Assembly (NCBI GenBank): GCA_021789945.1
Contig: JAJYIS010000002.1
Coordinates: 5,379-69,378 of the forward strand
Source of the DNA: Thermoplasmata archaeon
GTDB lineage: Archaea; Thermoplasmatota; Thermoplasmata; UBA10834
Direction of reading: 5' to 3'
Length of the DNA stretch: 64,000 nucleotides
How positions within the stretch are numbered: the first letter of the stretch is position 1; each line of letters starts with the position of its first letter. The position numbers and the translations under genes were made by a program. The notes under the pieces were generated by a model. The model was given only the letters and a program-made list of their open reading frames with translations. It was not told where the DNA came from and made no database searches. Positions 39,802-49,732 of the stretch are shown here, piece by piece.

Positions 39802-41355
39802 TCAGGCGAGCCTCTTGGCCATGTAATGGCCCTTCAGCTCGTAGCCGAACTTGCGGTAGTAGTTCCTCGCGCCGACGCCGCTGGTCACCCAAAGCTCAGG
39901 GTGGCCCGCCGCGGATACCCGCTCCTCGCACTCCACCAAGAGCCTCTCGCCGAAGCCCTTGTGCTGCCACCTGCTTCCGGCCTTCTCGCTTATCGGCACC
40001 ATCTGGCCGTAGACATGGAGTTCCCTCAGCAGGGCGGGGCCGCCGCGCCGTGAGCCCGGGAACCGCAACCTCGCGTAGCCTATGAGTGAGTCGGATTCCG
40101 GGAGCTCGAAGGAGAGGAAGTGCTCAGTGCCCTTCGACGCTTTGTACGCGACCTCCTTGAGCTCCGCTGACCTCTCGTCGACATCCTCAGCGATGACGGG
40201 GACATGGCCTATCTCCCTGCATCTGATGCAGCGGCAGGCCCCGCCCTCATCCTTCAGCTTCCTCAGGACCAGCTCTCTGAGATGGCTCTTCTTCACGCCG
40301 GCCTCGATGAGCTGGACGGGGATGTCCCTCTGTATCCTCAGTATGCGGATCCACGGAGGGACGGACCTCTTGACCTCAGCGACGAGGTCGATAGTCTCCT
40401 CGAGGGTCATGGGCGAGTAGGCCCCTGCCTTCCAGGAATCGTACAGCTCGGTGCCCTTGATCACGAGCGTCGGATAGATCTTCAGCATGTCCGGCCGATA
40501 GCGCTCGTCCTCGACCATTGTCCTGAACGATCCCAGGTCCTTCGCCGGGGAGCTCCCAGGTAGCCCGGGCATCATGTGATAGGCGACCTTCAGACCGGCG
40601 TCCTTCGAGCGCTTGGTCGCGTCCGCGACCTCGGCCACATGGTGCCCGCGCTTGACGCCGTCCAGGACCTCGTCGTCGAGGATCTGCACTCCGAACTCGA
40701 CCTTGGTCGCCCCGAGAGACATCGAGTGCTCGACCTGCTGTTCCCTGAACCAGTCGGGCCTGGTCTCGACGGTCATGCCGACGCAGCGGGCCTTCGCATC
40801 CTCGTTCGCGACCTGGGCGGCCTTCAGGGAGCCGGACTCGGTCCCGTTCATCGCGTCGAAGCACCGCTTCACGAACCAGGCCTGATAGTCCTCCAGCCTC
40901 GACGTGAACGTGCCCCCCATGATAATCAGCTCGACCTTGTCCGTCCTGTGCCCTATGGCCCTCAGCTGCGCGAGTCTGCTGGAAGTCTGCTTGAAGGGGT
41001 CGTAGCCGTACATCGCGGCCCTGAGGGCCGCGGGCTCGCGGCCGGTATACGATTGGGGCGTGTCAATCGTGACCCCGCCTGGACAGTACGTGCATCTTCC
41101 GTGGGGGCACTCGAACGGGCTCGTCATGACGGCCACCGGGGCCACCCCGCTCATGGTCCTCACGGGCTTGTTCATGAGCAGGGGCTCCGCGAGCTCCCTG
41201 TACTCCTCGGGCACCCGCTCCAGGATCTCGTAGTTGGTCGGCACCCTCGCGAGGCCGTGCTTCTTGCACAGCTGCGCCTTCAACCTGAGGACCTCGCTCC
41301 GGGTCGACACCTTCCCGAGGACGATCGCTTGGACGAAGTCTTCGAAGTAGTCCAC
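39802..41355 (-). CDS. elp3: Elp3 homolog (radical SAM plus GNAT; tRNA U34 modification)
   Basis: 517 aa; CPHGRCTYCPGG radical SAM motif; C-terminal GNAT domain. Confidence 0.85.
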   Translation of the reverse strand: MDYFEDFVQAIVLGKVSTRSEVLRLKAQLCKKHGLARVPTNYEILERVPEEYRELAEPLLMNKPVRTMSGVAPVAVMTSPFECPHGRCTYCPGGVTIDTPQSYTGREPAALRAAMYGYDPFKQTSSRLAQLRAIGHRTDKVELIIMGGTFTSRLEDYQAWFVKRCFDAMNGTESGSLKAAQVANEDAKARCVGMTVETRPDWFREQQVEHSMSLGATKVEFGVQILDDEVLDGVKRGHHVAEVADATKRSKDAGLKVAYHMMPGLPGSSPAKDLGSFRTMVEDERYRPDMLKIYPTLVIKGTELYDSWKAGAYSPMTLEETIDLVAEVKRSVPPWIRILRIQRDIPVQLIEAGVKKSHLRELVLRKLKDEGGACRCIRCREIGHVPVIAEDVDERSAELKEVAYKASKGTEHFLSFELPESDSLIGYARLRFPGSRRGGPALLRELHVYGQMVPISEKAGSRWQHKGFGERLLVECEERVSAAGHPELWVTSGVGARNYYRKFGYELKGHYMAKRLA

Positions 41356-41397
41356 GGCCAGCTGCTAGAACGGAGTCCGGATATCTAGTTATCGGGC

Positions 41398-41694
41398 TCA
41401 TCTGTACATCATCGAGTCGCCGTCCGCGGGCAGCTCCGGCATGCGGTGCTTGAGAGGGGCCCTCTTCCTGCCCTTCACCTCGACCTCGATCTCAGGGTTG
41501 AGCAGCCGGATGTAAACCTTGTCGCTCAGGGGCTCGAGGACGATGACCCCCTTGACCACGAGCGACTTCAGAGTGCGGTCGAGGACGTCCTTCCTGAGCG
41601 AGAGCTCGTCCCTCAGCTCCTCGACGGTGATCGGATACCACATCTTCAGGATGTCGATTATCCTGGCCTCCAGCCTATCTATCTGGACGGTCAT
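41398..41694 (-). CDS. winged-helix DNA-binding protein
   Basis: 98 aa; wHTH-like. Confidence 0.4.
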   Translation of the reverse strand: MTVQIDRLEARIIDILKMWYPITVEELRDELSLRKDVLDRTLKSLVVKGVIVLEPLSDKVYIRLLNPEIEVEVKGRKRAPLKHRMPELPADGDSMMYR

Positions 41695-41703
41695 CCGATC
41701 AGG

Positions 41704-41988
41704 TCAGCCGAAGTACACGGCGTTGCTCTCGCCTTCCTTCTCTTCCTTCTCCTTCTCGGCCTTCAGGACGTCGATGGACATGATCATGTTAGCCGGTATC
41801 AGCCTCAGGCGGCCCTTGTCCTCGCCGTGGGACTTGTCCAACTCGATGACCAGGGCGGTGTCGTGCGCGACAGCCGCGTATCCCTTGAATATCCCGTTCG
41901 TCTCCATCGGGTGGTCCCTGGACTCGAGGCTCTTGATCCTGTACAACGAACCCTGCGTCAGCACGATCGCATCATCTTTTTTTGGCAT
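41704..41988 (-). CDS. hypothetical small protein
   Basis: about 94 aa from MPKKDDAIVL; Glu/Lys-rich C-terminus. Confidence 0.3.
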   Translation of the reverse strand: MPKKDDAIVLTQGSLYRIKSLESRDHPMETNGIFKGYAAVAHDTALVIELDKSHGEDKGRLRLIPANMIMSIDVLKAEKEKEEKEGESNAVYFG

Positions 41989-42451
41989 GCCTGTCACCCT
42001 TCTTGCTGGCCAGCTCCTGGAGGTGGTCAGCCGTCTTGCGGTAGTTCTCCATCGCGACCTGGACATGGGCTTCCGTGAAGTTCCACGCCTTGCTGAGGTT
42101 CCCGTACCTTATCCTGTAGCCCTTCCTCGGGTTGCCCTCGGCGTCCTCCGCGTTCATCTCCTCGAGCAGGTCGAACCCCTTGAGCTTGTTGATGTGCCTG
42201 TACACTGTGGCCTTCGTGGTGCCGAGCGCGGTCGCGAGGTCCTCGACAACCCAGGCCTTGTCAGGCCGCCCCAGGAAGAACTCGACGAACAGCCTGAAGG
42301 GCACGCTGTCCCTGATGTCGGTAACGTCGGTCTTCGGGTCGTAGCCCTTCGGAAAATACCCTATCTGATTCAGAAAGAGCATCGCGACCTCGTCGATGTC
42401 GTTCAGGGGAGTCAGCGGAGTGTTGCTCACGACATTTAGGTCGAAGCTCAT
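41972..42451 (-). CDS. HTH transcriptional regulator
   Basis: 159 aa; TTKATVYRHINKL helix-turn-helix. Confidence 0.45.
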   Translation of the reverse strand: MSFDLNVVSNTPLTPLNDIDEVAMLFLNQIGYFPKGYDPKTDVTDIRDSVPFRLFVEFFLGRPDKAWVVEDLATALGTTKATVYRHINKLKGFDLLEEMNAEDAEGNPRKGYRIRYGNLSKAWNFTEAHVQVAMENYRKTADHLQELASKKGDRHAKKR

Positions 42452-42513
42452 GCCGGTAAGAATCTTCTCGTGATTAGTTAAGCATTGTGCTTTTCAGGAA
42501 CGGCGGGCCGAGG

Positions 42514-43299
42514 TCACTCCTTCGACCTCTCCCTCGCCTGGGCTATCTCGAACTCCTCGTCGAGCTCAGTGAGGACCTTGCCCCGCACTGCGATGAACTC
42601 CCTGCTCGTCCTGTCCCTCGGCCTCTGGAGCTCCACCGGAATTATCTCCCTGACCTTCCCTGGCCTCGCGGTCATGACGACTATCTTGTCGGCGAGGAAC
42701 ACCGCCTCGTCGACGGAGTGGGTGACGAACAGGATCGTCTTCCCGGTCGCGGCCCAGATCCTGAGCAGCTCCTTCTGCATCAGGTTCCTCGTCTGCGCGT
42801 CCAGGGCTCCGAACGGCTCGTCCATCAGGAGCACCTCGGGCTCGTTCGCGAGGGCCCTCGCGATGCCCACGCGCTGCTTCATTCCGCCCGACAACTCGCT
42901 CGGAGGGGAGTCCTCGAACCCTTTGAGCCCCACGAGCTCGATGAACTTCGATGATATCCTGACCCTCTCCTGCTCGGGGACGCCCTTCATCTCCAGCCCG
43001 AACTCGATGTTCTTCCTCACGGTCCGCCACGGGAACAGCGCGAACTCCTGGAAGACCATCCCCCTGCCGGGCCCGGCAGAGGATACCTTCTTCCCGTGGA
43101 CCTGCACCGTCCCATAGGTGCCCTTCTCCAGGCCCGCGACGATCCTCAGGGCTGTGGTCTTCCCGCATCCGGAAGGCCCGAGGAGACAGACGAACTCGCC
43201 GTCCGAGATGTCCAGGGAGAAATCGCCGAGCGCGGTGATGGACCTCTTGTCCTTGGTGAAGGTCTTCGACAGGTGCTCTATATGGATGCAGACGCTCAT
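42514..43299 (-). CDS. ABC transporter ATP-binding protein (NitT/TauT family)
   Basis: 261 aa from MSVCIHIEHL; Walker A GPSGCGKTT, LSGGMKQR signature, Walker B. Confidence 0.85.
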   Translation of the reverse strand: MSVCIHIEHLSKTFTKDKRSITALGDFSLDISDGEFVCLLGPSGCGKTTALRIVAGLEKGTYGTVQVHGKKVSSAGPGRGMVFQEFALFPWRTVRKNIEFGLEMKGVPEQERVRISSKFIELVGLKGFEDSPPSELSGGMKQRVGIARALANEPEVLLMDEPFGALDAQTRNLMQKELLRIWAATGKTILFVTHSVDEAVFLADKIVVMTARPGKVREIIPVELQRPRDRTSREFIAVRGKVLTELDEEFEIAQARERSKE

Positions 43300-44144
43300 T
43301 TCATCCCCATCCATCTGTAGACCCATCTCTCGATGAGGCCAGCGACCCCGGTCGTGAGCACGCTCAGGATGCCGATGACCACCATACCCGCGAACATCAG
43401 GTCGTATCGGCCGTACTGAGAGGTCGCGAAGATGTAGTACCCGACCCCTCCGCCGACGGCCCCGAGCATTTCGGCCGCGACGATGCACATCCAGCCGATG
43501 CCGAGGCCGACCTTGATCCCGGTCATCATGTGAGGGATTGTGGACGGGAATATGACGCTGGTGAAGATCTGATGGCCTTTGGCGCCGAGCGTCCGGGCGG
43601 CGTCGATGAGCAGGGGGTCGACGCTCTTCGCCCCCAGCCTCACGTTCAGGAGCACCGGGAAGAAGATCCCGAGGAAGACTATCAGTATCGGGCCCGTGGT
43701 GAACGCGAAGACGACCATGAATATAGGGACCCAGGCGAGAGGAGGTATCGGCCGGAAGAGCTCGACGATCGGGCTCGAGACCGCCTCCACGCTCCTCGAC
43801 CTGCCCATGAGCAGGCCCAAGGGCAGCGCCAACCCGAACGCCAGGAGAAAGCCGAGGAACATCCGCTTGAGGCTCGCGAGGATGTGGTCGGTCATCAGCA
43901 GCCTCGTCGCGGGGTCTGGGGTCGTGAAGGATCCGATCAGCGCCCCGAGGACGACCCACGGATAGGGAACGTACTCGGCGCTGGGTGAAGGCGTGCCGTG
44001 GAAAGGCCAGTCCGCGCGGAGCCAGGCGGCGTACAGCGACCAGAACAACAGGAATGCGGCCAGGGAGGCGGCCGATAGCAGTAGGAACTTCCAGTTGTCC
44101 AGGAAAGCTCTTCTCAGGGCCGTCTTGACCTTGACCAAATGCAC
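43296..44144 (-). CDS. ABC transporter permease (NitT/TauT family)
   Basis: 282 aa, 6 TM, EAA-like loop. Confidence 0.8.
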   Translation of the reverse strand: MHLVKVKTALRRAFLDNWKFLLLSAASLAAFLLFWSLYAAWLRADWPFHGTPSPSAEYVPYPWVVLGALIGSFTTPDPATRLLMTDHILASLKRMFLGFLLAFGLALPLGLLMGRSRSVEAVSSPIVELFRPIPPLAWVPIFMVVFAFTTGPILIVFLGIFFPVLLNVRLGAKSVDPLLIDAARTLGAKGHQIFTSVIFPSTIPHMMTGIKVGLGIGWMCIVAAEMLGAVGGGVGYYIFATSQYGRYDLMFAGMVVIGILSVLTTGVAGLIERWVYRWMGMK

Positions 44145-44193
44145 ACCCTCTGTCCGGAACAGAATTAGCCGTACGAAAAGGTTTGGTGCCGGC

Positions 44194-45297
44194 TCACGGC
44201 TTGATCTTCAGCTCGATGCCCTGCTTCTGAAGGGCATACTTCAGGAGCAGGAACTGTATCGTGCTCTCGCCGGGCGTCGCGACGGTCTTGTTCACGAGTC
44301 CGCTCAGGTCGTGTATCCCCGACCCGGCCTTGACCACGATGCCGCTCCCCTCGCTGTTCGCCTGAGAGATGATCGTCGTTTGCACATTGGCGTTGAGATG
44401 GTTCAGGATGGCAGGTGCTGCTCCCAGATAGCCGATGTCCACACTGCCTGCCAGGAACGCGGTCATCTCCGCGCCCCCGTTGGCGAACGGCGCGCCCACT
44501 GCGGCCGTGACGCTGAGCCCATACTCCTGGAACATGCTCTTTCCGTCTGAAAGGATGCTAGTGTTCTGCGCCACCACCTGCGCCATCTGGTGAAGGTCGC
44601 CCAGGAGGTACCCGAGCCTTATCGGGGCTGCACCGCTTACAGGGGTGACGTCCTCAGCGGCCGCGAGGTAAGACCCGTTGACGTACTTGCTGATGAAGTC
44701 CGCCGGGCTCGAGTACCCGCGGCTGGTCAGGGTCTGGTTGGTGGTCATGTTGGTCGAGATGTACATGTTGGTGAACTCCTCAAGGGCGGCCTTGAACTGC
44801 GAATCCATCTCATAATCGTACCTTATATGCGTGAACGCGGCCTCGACGACGCTCGCGTTTCTCTGCGTGAACTGGACGGCCATGTTGACCAGGAGGGTGT
44901 AATTTGCGCTCGACGGGTGGTCGAGTGCGTCGTTCATCCAGTTCGTTGCGTCCATATGTGCCCTGACGAATCTCGCGGCAAGCGCGGGACCGTCGGCCCC
45001 AGCGAGGAAGTTGTTGCTCACGGCGACGACGCAGCACGGGTGATTGGGCATGATCTGGCTGGACCATTCCAGCACGGTCCCGACGTCCCCCACGACAGAA
45101 TCGGAGACGTAGGGCTCCCAAGCGATGTAGCCATCGATCTTCCCGGACGCGAGCGCGGCGCTCATATCCTTCGGCGCGAGGTTGATGTAGTACACCGTCC
45201 CGCCCTTGCTCTGCTGATTGAGCATGAGTGAGGTCGCGACGGCTGCTACCACGATTAAGACCGTCAGAGTGCCTGCGATCAAGATCTTCCTGTCCAT
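44194..45297 (-). CDS. ABC transporter substrate-binding protein (NMT1/SsuA-like), N-terminally anchored
   Basis: from MDRKILIAGTLTVLIVVAAV; many N-x-S/T sequons. Confidence 0.65.
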   Translation of the reverse strand: MDRKILIAGTLTVLIVVAAVATSLMLNQQSKGGTVYYINLAPKDMSAALASGKIDGYIAWEPYVSDSVVGDVGTVLEWSSQIMPNHPCCVVAVSNNFLAGADGPALAARFVRAHMDATNWMNDALDHPSSANYTLLVNMAVQFTQRNASVVEAAFTHIRYDYEMDSQFKAALEEFTNMYISTNMTTNQTLTSRGYSSPADFISKYVNGSYLAAAEDVTPVSGAAPIRLGYLLGDLHQMAQVVAQNTSILSDGKSMFQEYGLSVTAAVGAPFANGGAEMTAFLAGSVDIGYLGAAPAILNHLNANVQTTIISQANSEGSGIVVKAGSGIHDLSGLVNKTVATPGESTIQFLLLKYALQKQGIELKIKP

Positions 45298-45413
45298 GAC
45301 AAGTCCCCGTTGAGCCATTGTCGGTTGACTATTAAGCCTTTTCCACTTATGTATTGAAATCATAATACAATTGTATAAATAATGGGGAGTTGTTATCACT
45401 TCTCGGACAGAAG

Positions 45414-45935
45414 ATGGACAAAACTAGGAGTTTGCAGTCGGCGGCGATGGAGTCCGACCAGAAGTTCAGGACGACCCTTCACGAGGTGCTCCACGACCTC
45501 GGATGGACGGCGAAGGAACTCTCAAAGAAGGCCGGGATCTCGCCGAGCACACTGTACAAGATAATGAACGAAGACAGGTCGCCGAGCCTCGAGATCCTGC
45601 GGAAGATGCTCAGGGCTGTCCGCGAGGCCGAGGGCCTGAGGAGCGGGAGCTTCATCGCGTTGATCGTGACAAGGAGGGTTCTTGACGAGGTCGTCGAAAG
45701 GACCGTCGAGATCGAGGGCGAGACCGTCCGCGTCCGCGAGTACCCGGCCTCGACGGTTGAGGACGCCATAGTCGCGGCCGTCCGCGCGGAACAGGACGGG
45801 GCCGTCGCCGTGGTCTGCGCCCCAATCGTGAGCCCGACGGTCGAGAAGATCCTCGACATACCGATCGCGACGATAGTTCCTAGGGACAGCGTCACCGAGG
45901 CAATCAAGCTGGCCGCGAAGAAGTCCGTCGCCTAG
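45414..45935 (+). CDS. XRE-family HTH regulator with extra C-terminal domain
   Basis: TAKELSKKAGISPSTLYKIMNEDRSPS Cro/C1-type HTH; divergent from ABC transporter. Confidence 0.5.
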   Translation: MDKTRSLQSAAMESDQKFRTTLHEVLHDLGWTAKELSKKAGISPSTLYKIMNEDRSPSLEILRKMLRAVREAEGLRSGSFIALIVTRRVLDEVVERTVEIEGETVRVREYPASTVEDAIVAAVRAEQDGAVAVVCAPIVSPTVEKILDIPIATIVPRDSVTEAIKLAAKKSVA

Positions 45936-46666
45936 CGAAGCATCTCGCGTCGGATGCTCAGGTCATTCTCGACCACCACGAGCTCGCCCTTCCTCAGTCC
46001 CGGGAGCTCGGAGTCGTGCGGGACCGTGCTCTCCTGGTAGAGGACGACACAATCGTCGCCCCTGGATATCCTGAGATCGTAGTACTCCGACGGCTTGCCC
46101 GGGGCGTAGTCGCGGTATCCGCAGAGCCTCTTGCCGTCGGACACGAGCAGGATCGCGGCCGAGAAGTTCAGCTTCGAGATGTCGTCCACGATCAGAGACT
46201 TAAGCGCGGCCTCGAGGTCCTTCTTCTCGTCCATCAGATCAGCAAGCCTGGCCAGGAGGAGCTCGCTGTCGGTTACGCCCTTGGGCTTGTGTCTCGTCCT
46301 CGGCCTGAACCCCTCGACGGTGCCGTTGTGCGCCAGGACCAGCTCGTCCATCACGAACGGGTGCGTGTTCGGAAGGGACGCCTCCCCGACCGAGAGCGCG
46401 CGGACATGAGCGATGAGGATGTTCGGTGAGGGAACCTTCGTCACTTCTTTCAATGCCGCGTCGAACGACGGGTCCTGATACGCCCATCTCGAACTCCTGC
46501 CGATGTACCTCGGGGAGCCGTTCATGAACGACACCATCCCCCAGCCGTCCCTATGCCCGGGTGCATCATGACCAGGGATTCTGCCGACCTCGGAGACATG
46601 ACGGAGGTCGATGAGCGTCCCCATAGGGATCTCCCGCCTGAAGACCACGCCGACCATCCGGCACAT
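45932..46666 (-). CDS. class II glutamine amidotransferase-like Ntn hydrolase (YafJ/EgtC-like)
   Basis: 244 aa starting MCRMVGVV (Cys2 nucleophile after Met removal); ATGA overlap with OsmC gene. Confidence 0.6.
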   Translation of the reverse strand: MCRMVGVVFRREIPMGTLIDLRHVSEVGRIPGHDAPGHRDGWGMVSFMNGSPRYIGRSSRWAYQDPSFDAALKEVTKVPSPNILIAHVRALSVGEASLPNTHPFVMDELVLAHNGTVEGFRPRTRHKPKGVTDSELLLARLADLMDEKKDLEAALKSLIVDDISKLNFSAAILLVSDGKRLCGYRDYAPGKPSEYYDLRISRGDDCVVLYQESTVPHDSELPGLRKGELVVVENDLSIRREMLR

Positions 46667-47148
46667 CACAGCACCTTGGGGACTATTTCGAGCTCGAGGT
46701 CCATGGAGTTCGTCACGAGGCACTTCCGCTTCGTCACCGAGAGAGCCTTGTCGAGGTTGCTCATCTTCGAACTGGGCGTGAACTTCATCTCTGGATAGAG
46801 GGTGATTTTCACGAACTTCCTGATGCCCTCGACGATCTCGAGCTGACCCACCGCCCTGCACCTGTACTCCAGGAGCTTGAGCCCGAGGTCGTTCGACACG
46901 CCAGCGAAGACGATCTGGTAGCACATGTTCGCGGAGCCGACAAACGCGTCCTCTGGGGTCAGCGGCCCTCGCATCCCATTCAGCTCCTCAGGGGCGGAGT
47001 ACTCGATGATCTGCCCGTTCTGGCAGTGGAGCCTGCCGGGGAACTTCTCAATCCACACGACTGTCGACTCGAAGTCCATGCTAACCGGACTAGTCAGTAC
47101 AAACGCCCGATAAATAGTTTTGAACAAAATCGGCTTGGCGAATGCCAA
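46666..47148 (-). CDS. OsmC/Ohr family peroxiredoxin-like protein
   Basis: OsmC-like sequence with conserved Cys pair; start may be internal at MDFEST (47079). Confidence 0.7.
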   Translation of the reverse strand: MAFAKPILFKTIYRAFVLTSPVSMDFESTVVWIEKFPGRLHCQNGQIIEYSAPEELNGMRGPLTPEDAFVGSANMCYQIVFAGVSNDLGLKLLEYRCRAVGQLEIVEGIRKFVKITLYPEMKFTPSSKMSNLDKALSVTKRKCLVTNSMDLELEIVPKVL

Positions 47149-47201
47149 GCCGTTTATGGTTTCGGAAGATGCTCAGGACTCTAGCGGACGCAAGTCTGGG
47201 T

Positions 47202-47657
47202 TTAGCCCAGGGCCTTCTTGATCTCGGCCTCGACCATCTGCTTCGGGTAGGCGCCCACGCTCTTGTGCACGAGCGAGCCGTCCTTGAAATACAGGAGGGT
47301 CGGGATGCTCGCGATCCTATACTTGCCCGCGGTCCCGTAGTTCTCGTCTGTGTTGAGCTTCGCGAAGACTATCTGGCCCTTCTTCTCCTTCGCGAGCGTC
47401 TCCACAGTCGGCGAAAGCATCCTGCACGGCCCGCACCAGGGGGCCCAGCAGTCCACCACGACCTTGGGGTACTTCTTGACGAACGAATCGAAAGTAGTAT
47501 CCGTGACCACGACTGGCTGGTCCGGCCACCCGTTGCCGCCTGACTGGCCCGCGGCCGCGCGCTGCATCATCTCCTGCAATTTCCTCTCCTTGATCTCGTC
47601 GACTTCGGTTGACATCTCGCTCACCAGGTTGTGCACGATTGTGCAACTTCCTTGCAA
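47202..47657 (-). CDS. trxA: thioredoxin
   Basis: WCGPC active site; start possibly internal at 47615. Confidence 0.8.
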   Translation of the reverse strand: MQGSCTIVHNLVSEMSTEVDEIKERKLQEMMQRAAAGQSGGNGWPDQPVVVTDTTFDSFVKKYPKVVVDCWAPWCGPCRMLSPTVETLAKEKKGQIVFAKLNTDENYGTAGKYRIASIPTLLYFKDGSLVHKSVGAYPKQMVEAEIKKALG

Positions 47658-47737
47658 TATCGAAGGAGCATCCCCCTATTAATCATTGCGCTTCAACACT
47701 GCGGCCCGCGGCCTCAAGACTTCGTCCTGAGAACGCG

Positions 47738-48085
47738 ATGCCTGGCATAGCCAAGCTTTTTAAGGAGCGGATGGCGATACGGTCGCAGGGATGCCGGATG
47801 CTCGAAGAAGCTTCTAATCTGATTGGATTGCAGGTCTACACCAGCCAAGGCATGTTCTTGGGGACGGTCTCGAACCTCGTGGTCGAGGTCGACGACAACA
47901 AGGTACAGGGGCTGTTCGTGAACAACACCAACCCGCTCCTCGTCGAAGGGTCCAAGGCCGTGAACGTGCCGTTCAGGTGGATCTCGGCCATAGGCGATGT
48001 CGTTATCCTGAGGTACTTCCCGAAGAGGGTCGCGGTCAAGAAGGGCGCGAAGTCGAAGTCCGAGAAGCTGAGTGTTCCGGAGTAA
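47738..48085 (+). CDS. PRC-barrel domain protein
   Basis: LIGLQVYTSQGMFLGTVSNLVVEVDDNKVQGLFV; start codon uncertain. Confidence 0.45.
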   Translation: MPGIAKLFKERMAIRSQGCRMLEEASNLIGLQVYTSQGMFLGTVSNLVVEVDDNKVQGLFVNNTNPLLVEGSKAVNVPFRWISAIGDVVILRYFPKRVAVKKGAKSKSEKLSVPE

Positions 48086-48111
48086 ATGCTTTATCACCCG
48101 CATCCTCTCGG

Positions 48112-48627
48112 ATGCTCGTGGCGAGCCCGAAGATAGACCCATCATGCTATGTCGCCCCAGAGGCGATAATCATCGGAGACGTGGTGATCGAGAAGGGCTG
48201 CAGCATCTGGCCCTATGCGGTCATCAGGGGCGACCTCTCATCAGTCAGGATAGGAGAGGGGTCGAGCGTCCAGGAGCATTGCCAGATACACGGGAACCCG
48301 GGGAGTCATTCGATTATCGGTAAGAACGTCTCCATGGGGCACGGATCCATCGTCCACGCGGCGAAGGTAGGGGACTACGTCATAGTCGGCATGAACTCGG
48401 TCGTGCTCGATGGCGCGGAGATCGGCAGTGGTTCGATCATCGGTGCGGGCGCGGTCGTGAAATCCGGTATGATCGTTCCAGAAGGGAGCCTCGTGGTCGG
48501 CGTCCCAGCGAAGATAGTCAAAGAGAACGACCCGTCCCTCCGAGAAGCCGCGAAGAAGAACGCCGAGGAATACCACGCGTTGAGGGACGCTCACAAGCGC
48601 GGGGAGTTCCCTCGGTTCGTCCATTGA
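48112..48627 (+). CDS. gamma-class carbonic anhydrase family / hexapeptide-repeat protein
   Basis: 171 aa from MLVASPKIDPSCYVAPEA; left-handed beta-helix hexapeptide repeats; His ligands. Confidence 0.75.
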   Translation: MLVASPKIDPSCYVAPEAIIIGDVVIEKGCSIWPYAVIRGDLSSVRIGEGSSVQEHCQIHGNPGSHSIIGKNVSMGHGSIVHAAKVGDYVIVGMNSVVLDGAEIGSGSIIGAGAVVKSGMIVPEGSLVVGVPAKIVKENDPSLREAAKKNAEEYHALRDAHKRGEFPRFVH

Positions 48628-48678
48628 GCCCGTCGGTTTCGTCGAAAGTCTTACAGAGGAAGCCCTTATTCCGCCCTC

Positions 48679-49227
48679 ATGGACGCGGATCCGAAGAGCG
48701 TCTGGGACGCGATTTCCACCAGGCGCAGTGTTAGGAGCTTCGATGGCGAACCCATCGAAGATGGGAAGCTAGAGAGATGCCTCCAGGCGGCCAGGCTGGC
48801 CCCTTCCTGGGCGAACAAACAGTGTTGGCATTTCGTCGTCGTCAAGGGCAAGAAGGCTCTCGATGAGTCGGGCATTGTCCCTATGAACATAAGGAACCCA
48901 GCGGCCGTGATTGTCGCTTGCGGAGACCCCGCAAGGAGCGGCAACCGGGAGGGGAAGCCATACTACCTAGTCGACGTCGCTATAGCCGTCGAGCAGCTGG
49001 TCCTTGAAGCATGGGAGCTTGGGCTGGGCACCGTCTGGGTAGGGTTCTTCAACGAGGACAAGGTCAAGAAGGCGCTTGGGATTCCAGAGAACATCAGAGT
49101 CGTGGCGCTGGTCCCCATCGGATATCCCTCGGAGAAGAAGAGCATTACAGAGAAGCTGATGAAGACGGTGACAGGCATCGCCGACCGGAAGGACTTGAAG
49201 GAAATCGTGCACCAGGGGAATTGGTGA
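48679..49227 (+). CDS. nitroreductase family protein
   Basis: 182 aa; RRSVRSF FMN-binding start motif. Confidence 0.8.
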   Translation: MDADPKSVWDAISTRRSVRSFDGEPIEDGKLERCLQAARLAPSWANKQCWHFVVVKGKKALDESGIVPMNIRNPAAVIVACGDPARSGNREGKPYYLVDVAIAVEQLVLEAWELGLGTVWVGFFNEDKVKKALGIPENIRVVALVPIGYPSEKKSITEKLMKTVTGIADRKDLKEIVHQGNW

Positions 49228-49233
49228 CCCGGC

Positions 49234-49722
49234 TCAGCCGATATCGTCTACGTTCATTCCGCACAGGGCTGACAGCTCCTCGTGAAGCTTCAACACCTTC
49301 AGAGCCGCATCTTGAAGGCCCTGTCTCACCAGCCAGCCGACGGCCTCCTTCACAGTTGTCCGTCTCGAGCCGGCAATGAGGTTGTCAGCGTGGGACACGA
49401 TCTTCTCCTCGAGCGTCTTCGGGGTGTAGTCCTTCTCGGGCAGCCCGAGCTTCTTCGCCTCCGCCCTGTCGATTCCGCCCCCGATGTGCCTCTCGATGAT
49501 CTTGACGACCTGGTCCGGCAGCTTAGCCTCGCTGGCGATCTCCGCCCCTCGGACGGCATGGTCTATCTTGTGCGACCTGCACCTGCCGAGATCGTGCAGA
49601 AGCGCCCCCGCCTCCACGAGCTTGATGTCGGCCTCGCACTTCCGCCCGATCTTGACCGCGAGGTCCGCGACGGCGACGCAGTGCCTGACGACCTGCTCGT
49701 CGCAGCCGTTCCCGACCAGCAT
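49234..49722 (-). CDS. HD-domain phosphohydrolase
   Basis: HD motif LLHDLGR; start uncertain (overlaps aTrm56 3-prime end). Confidence 0.55.
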   Translation of the reverse strand: MLVGNGCDEQVVRHCVAVADLAVKIGRKCEADIKLVEAGALLHDLGRCRSHKIDHAVRGAEIASEAKLPDQVVKIIERHIGGGIDRAEAKKLGLPEKDYTPKTLEEKIVSHADNLIAGSRRTTVKEAVGWLVRQGLQDAALKVLKLHEELSALCGMNVDDIG

Positions 49723-49732
49723 GGCCAGGCAT

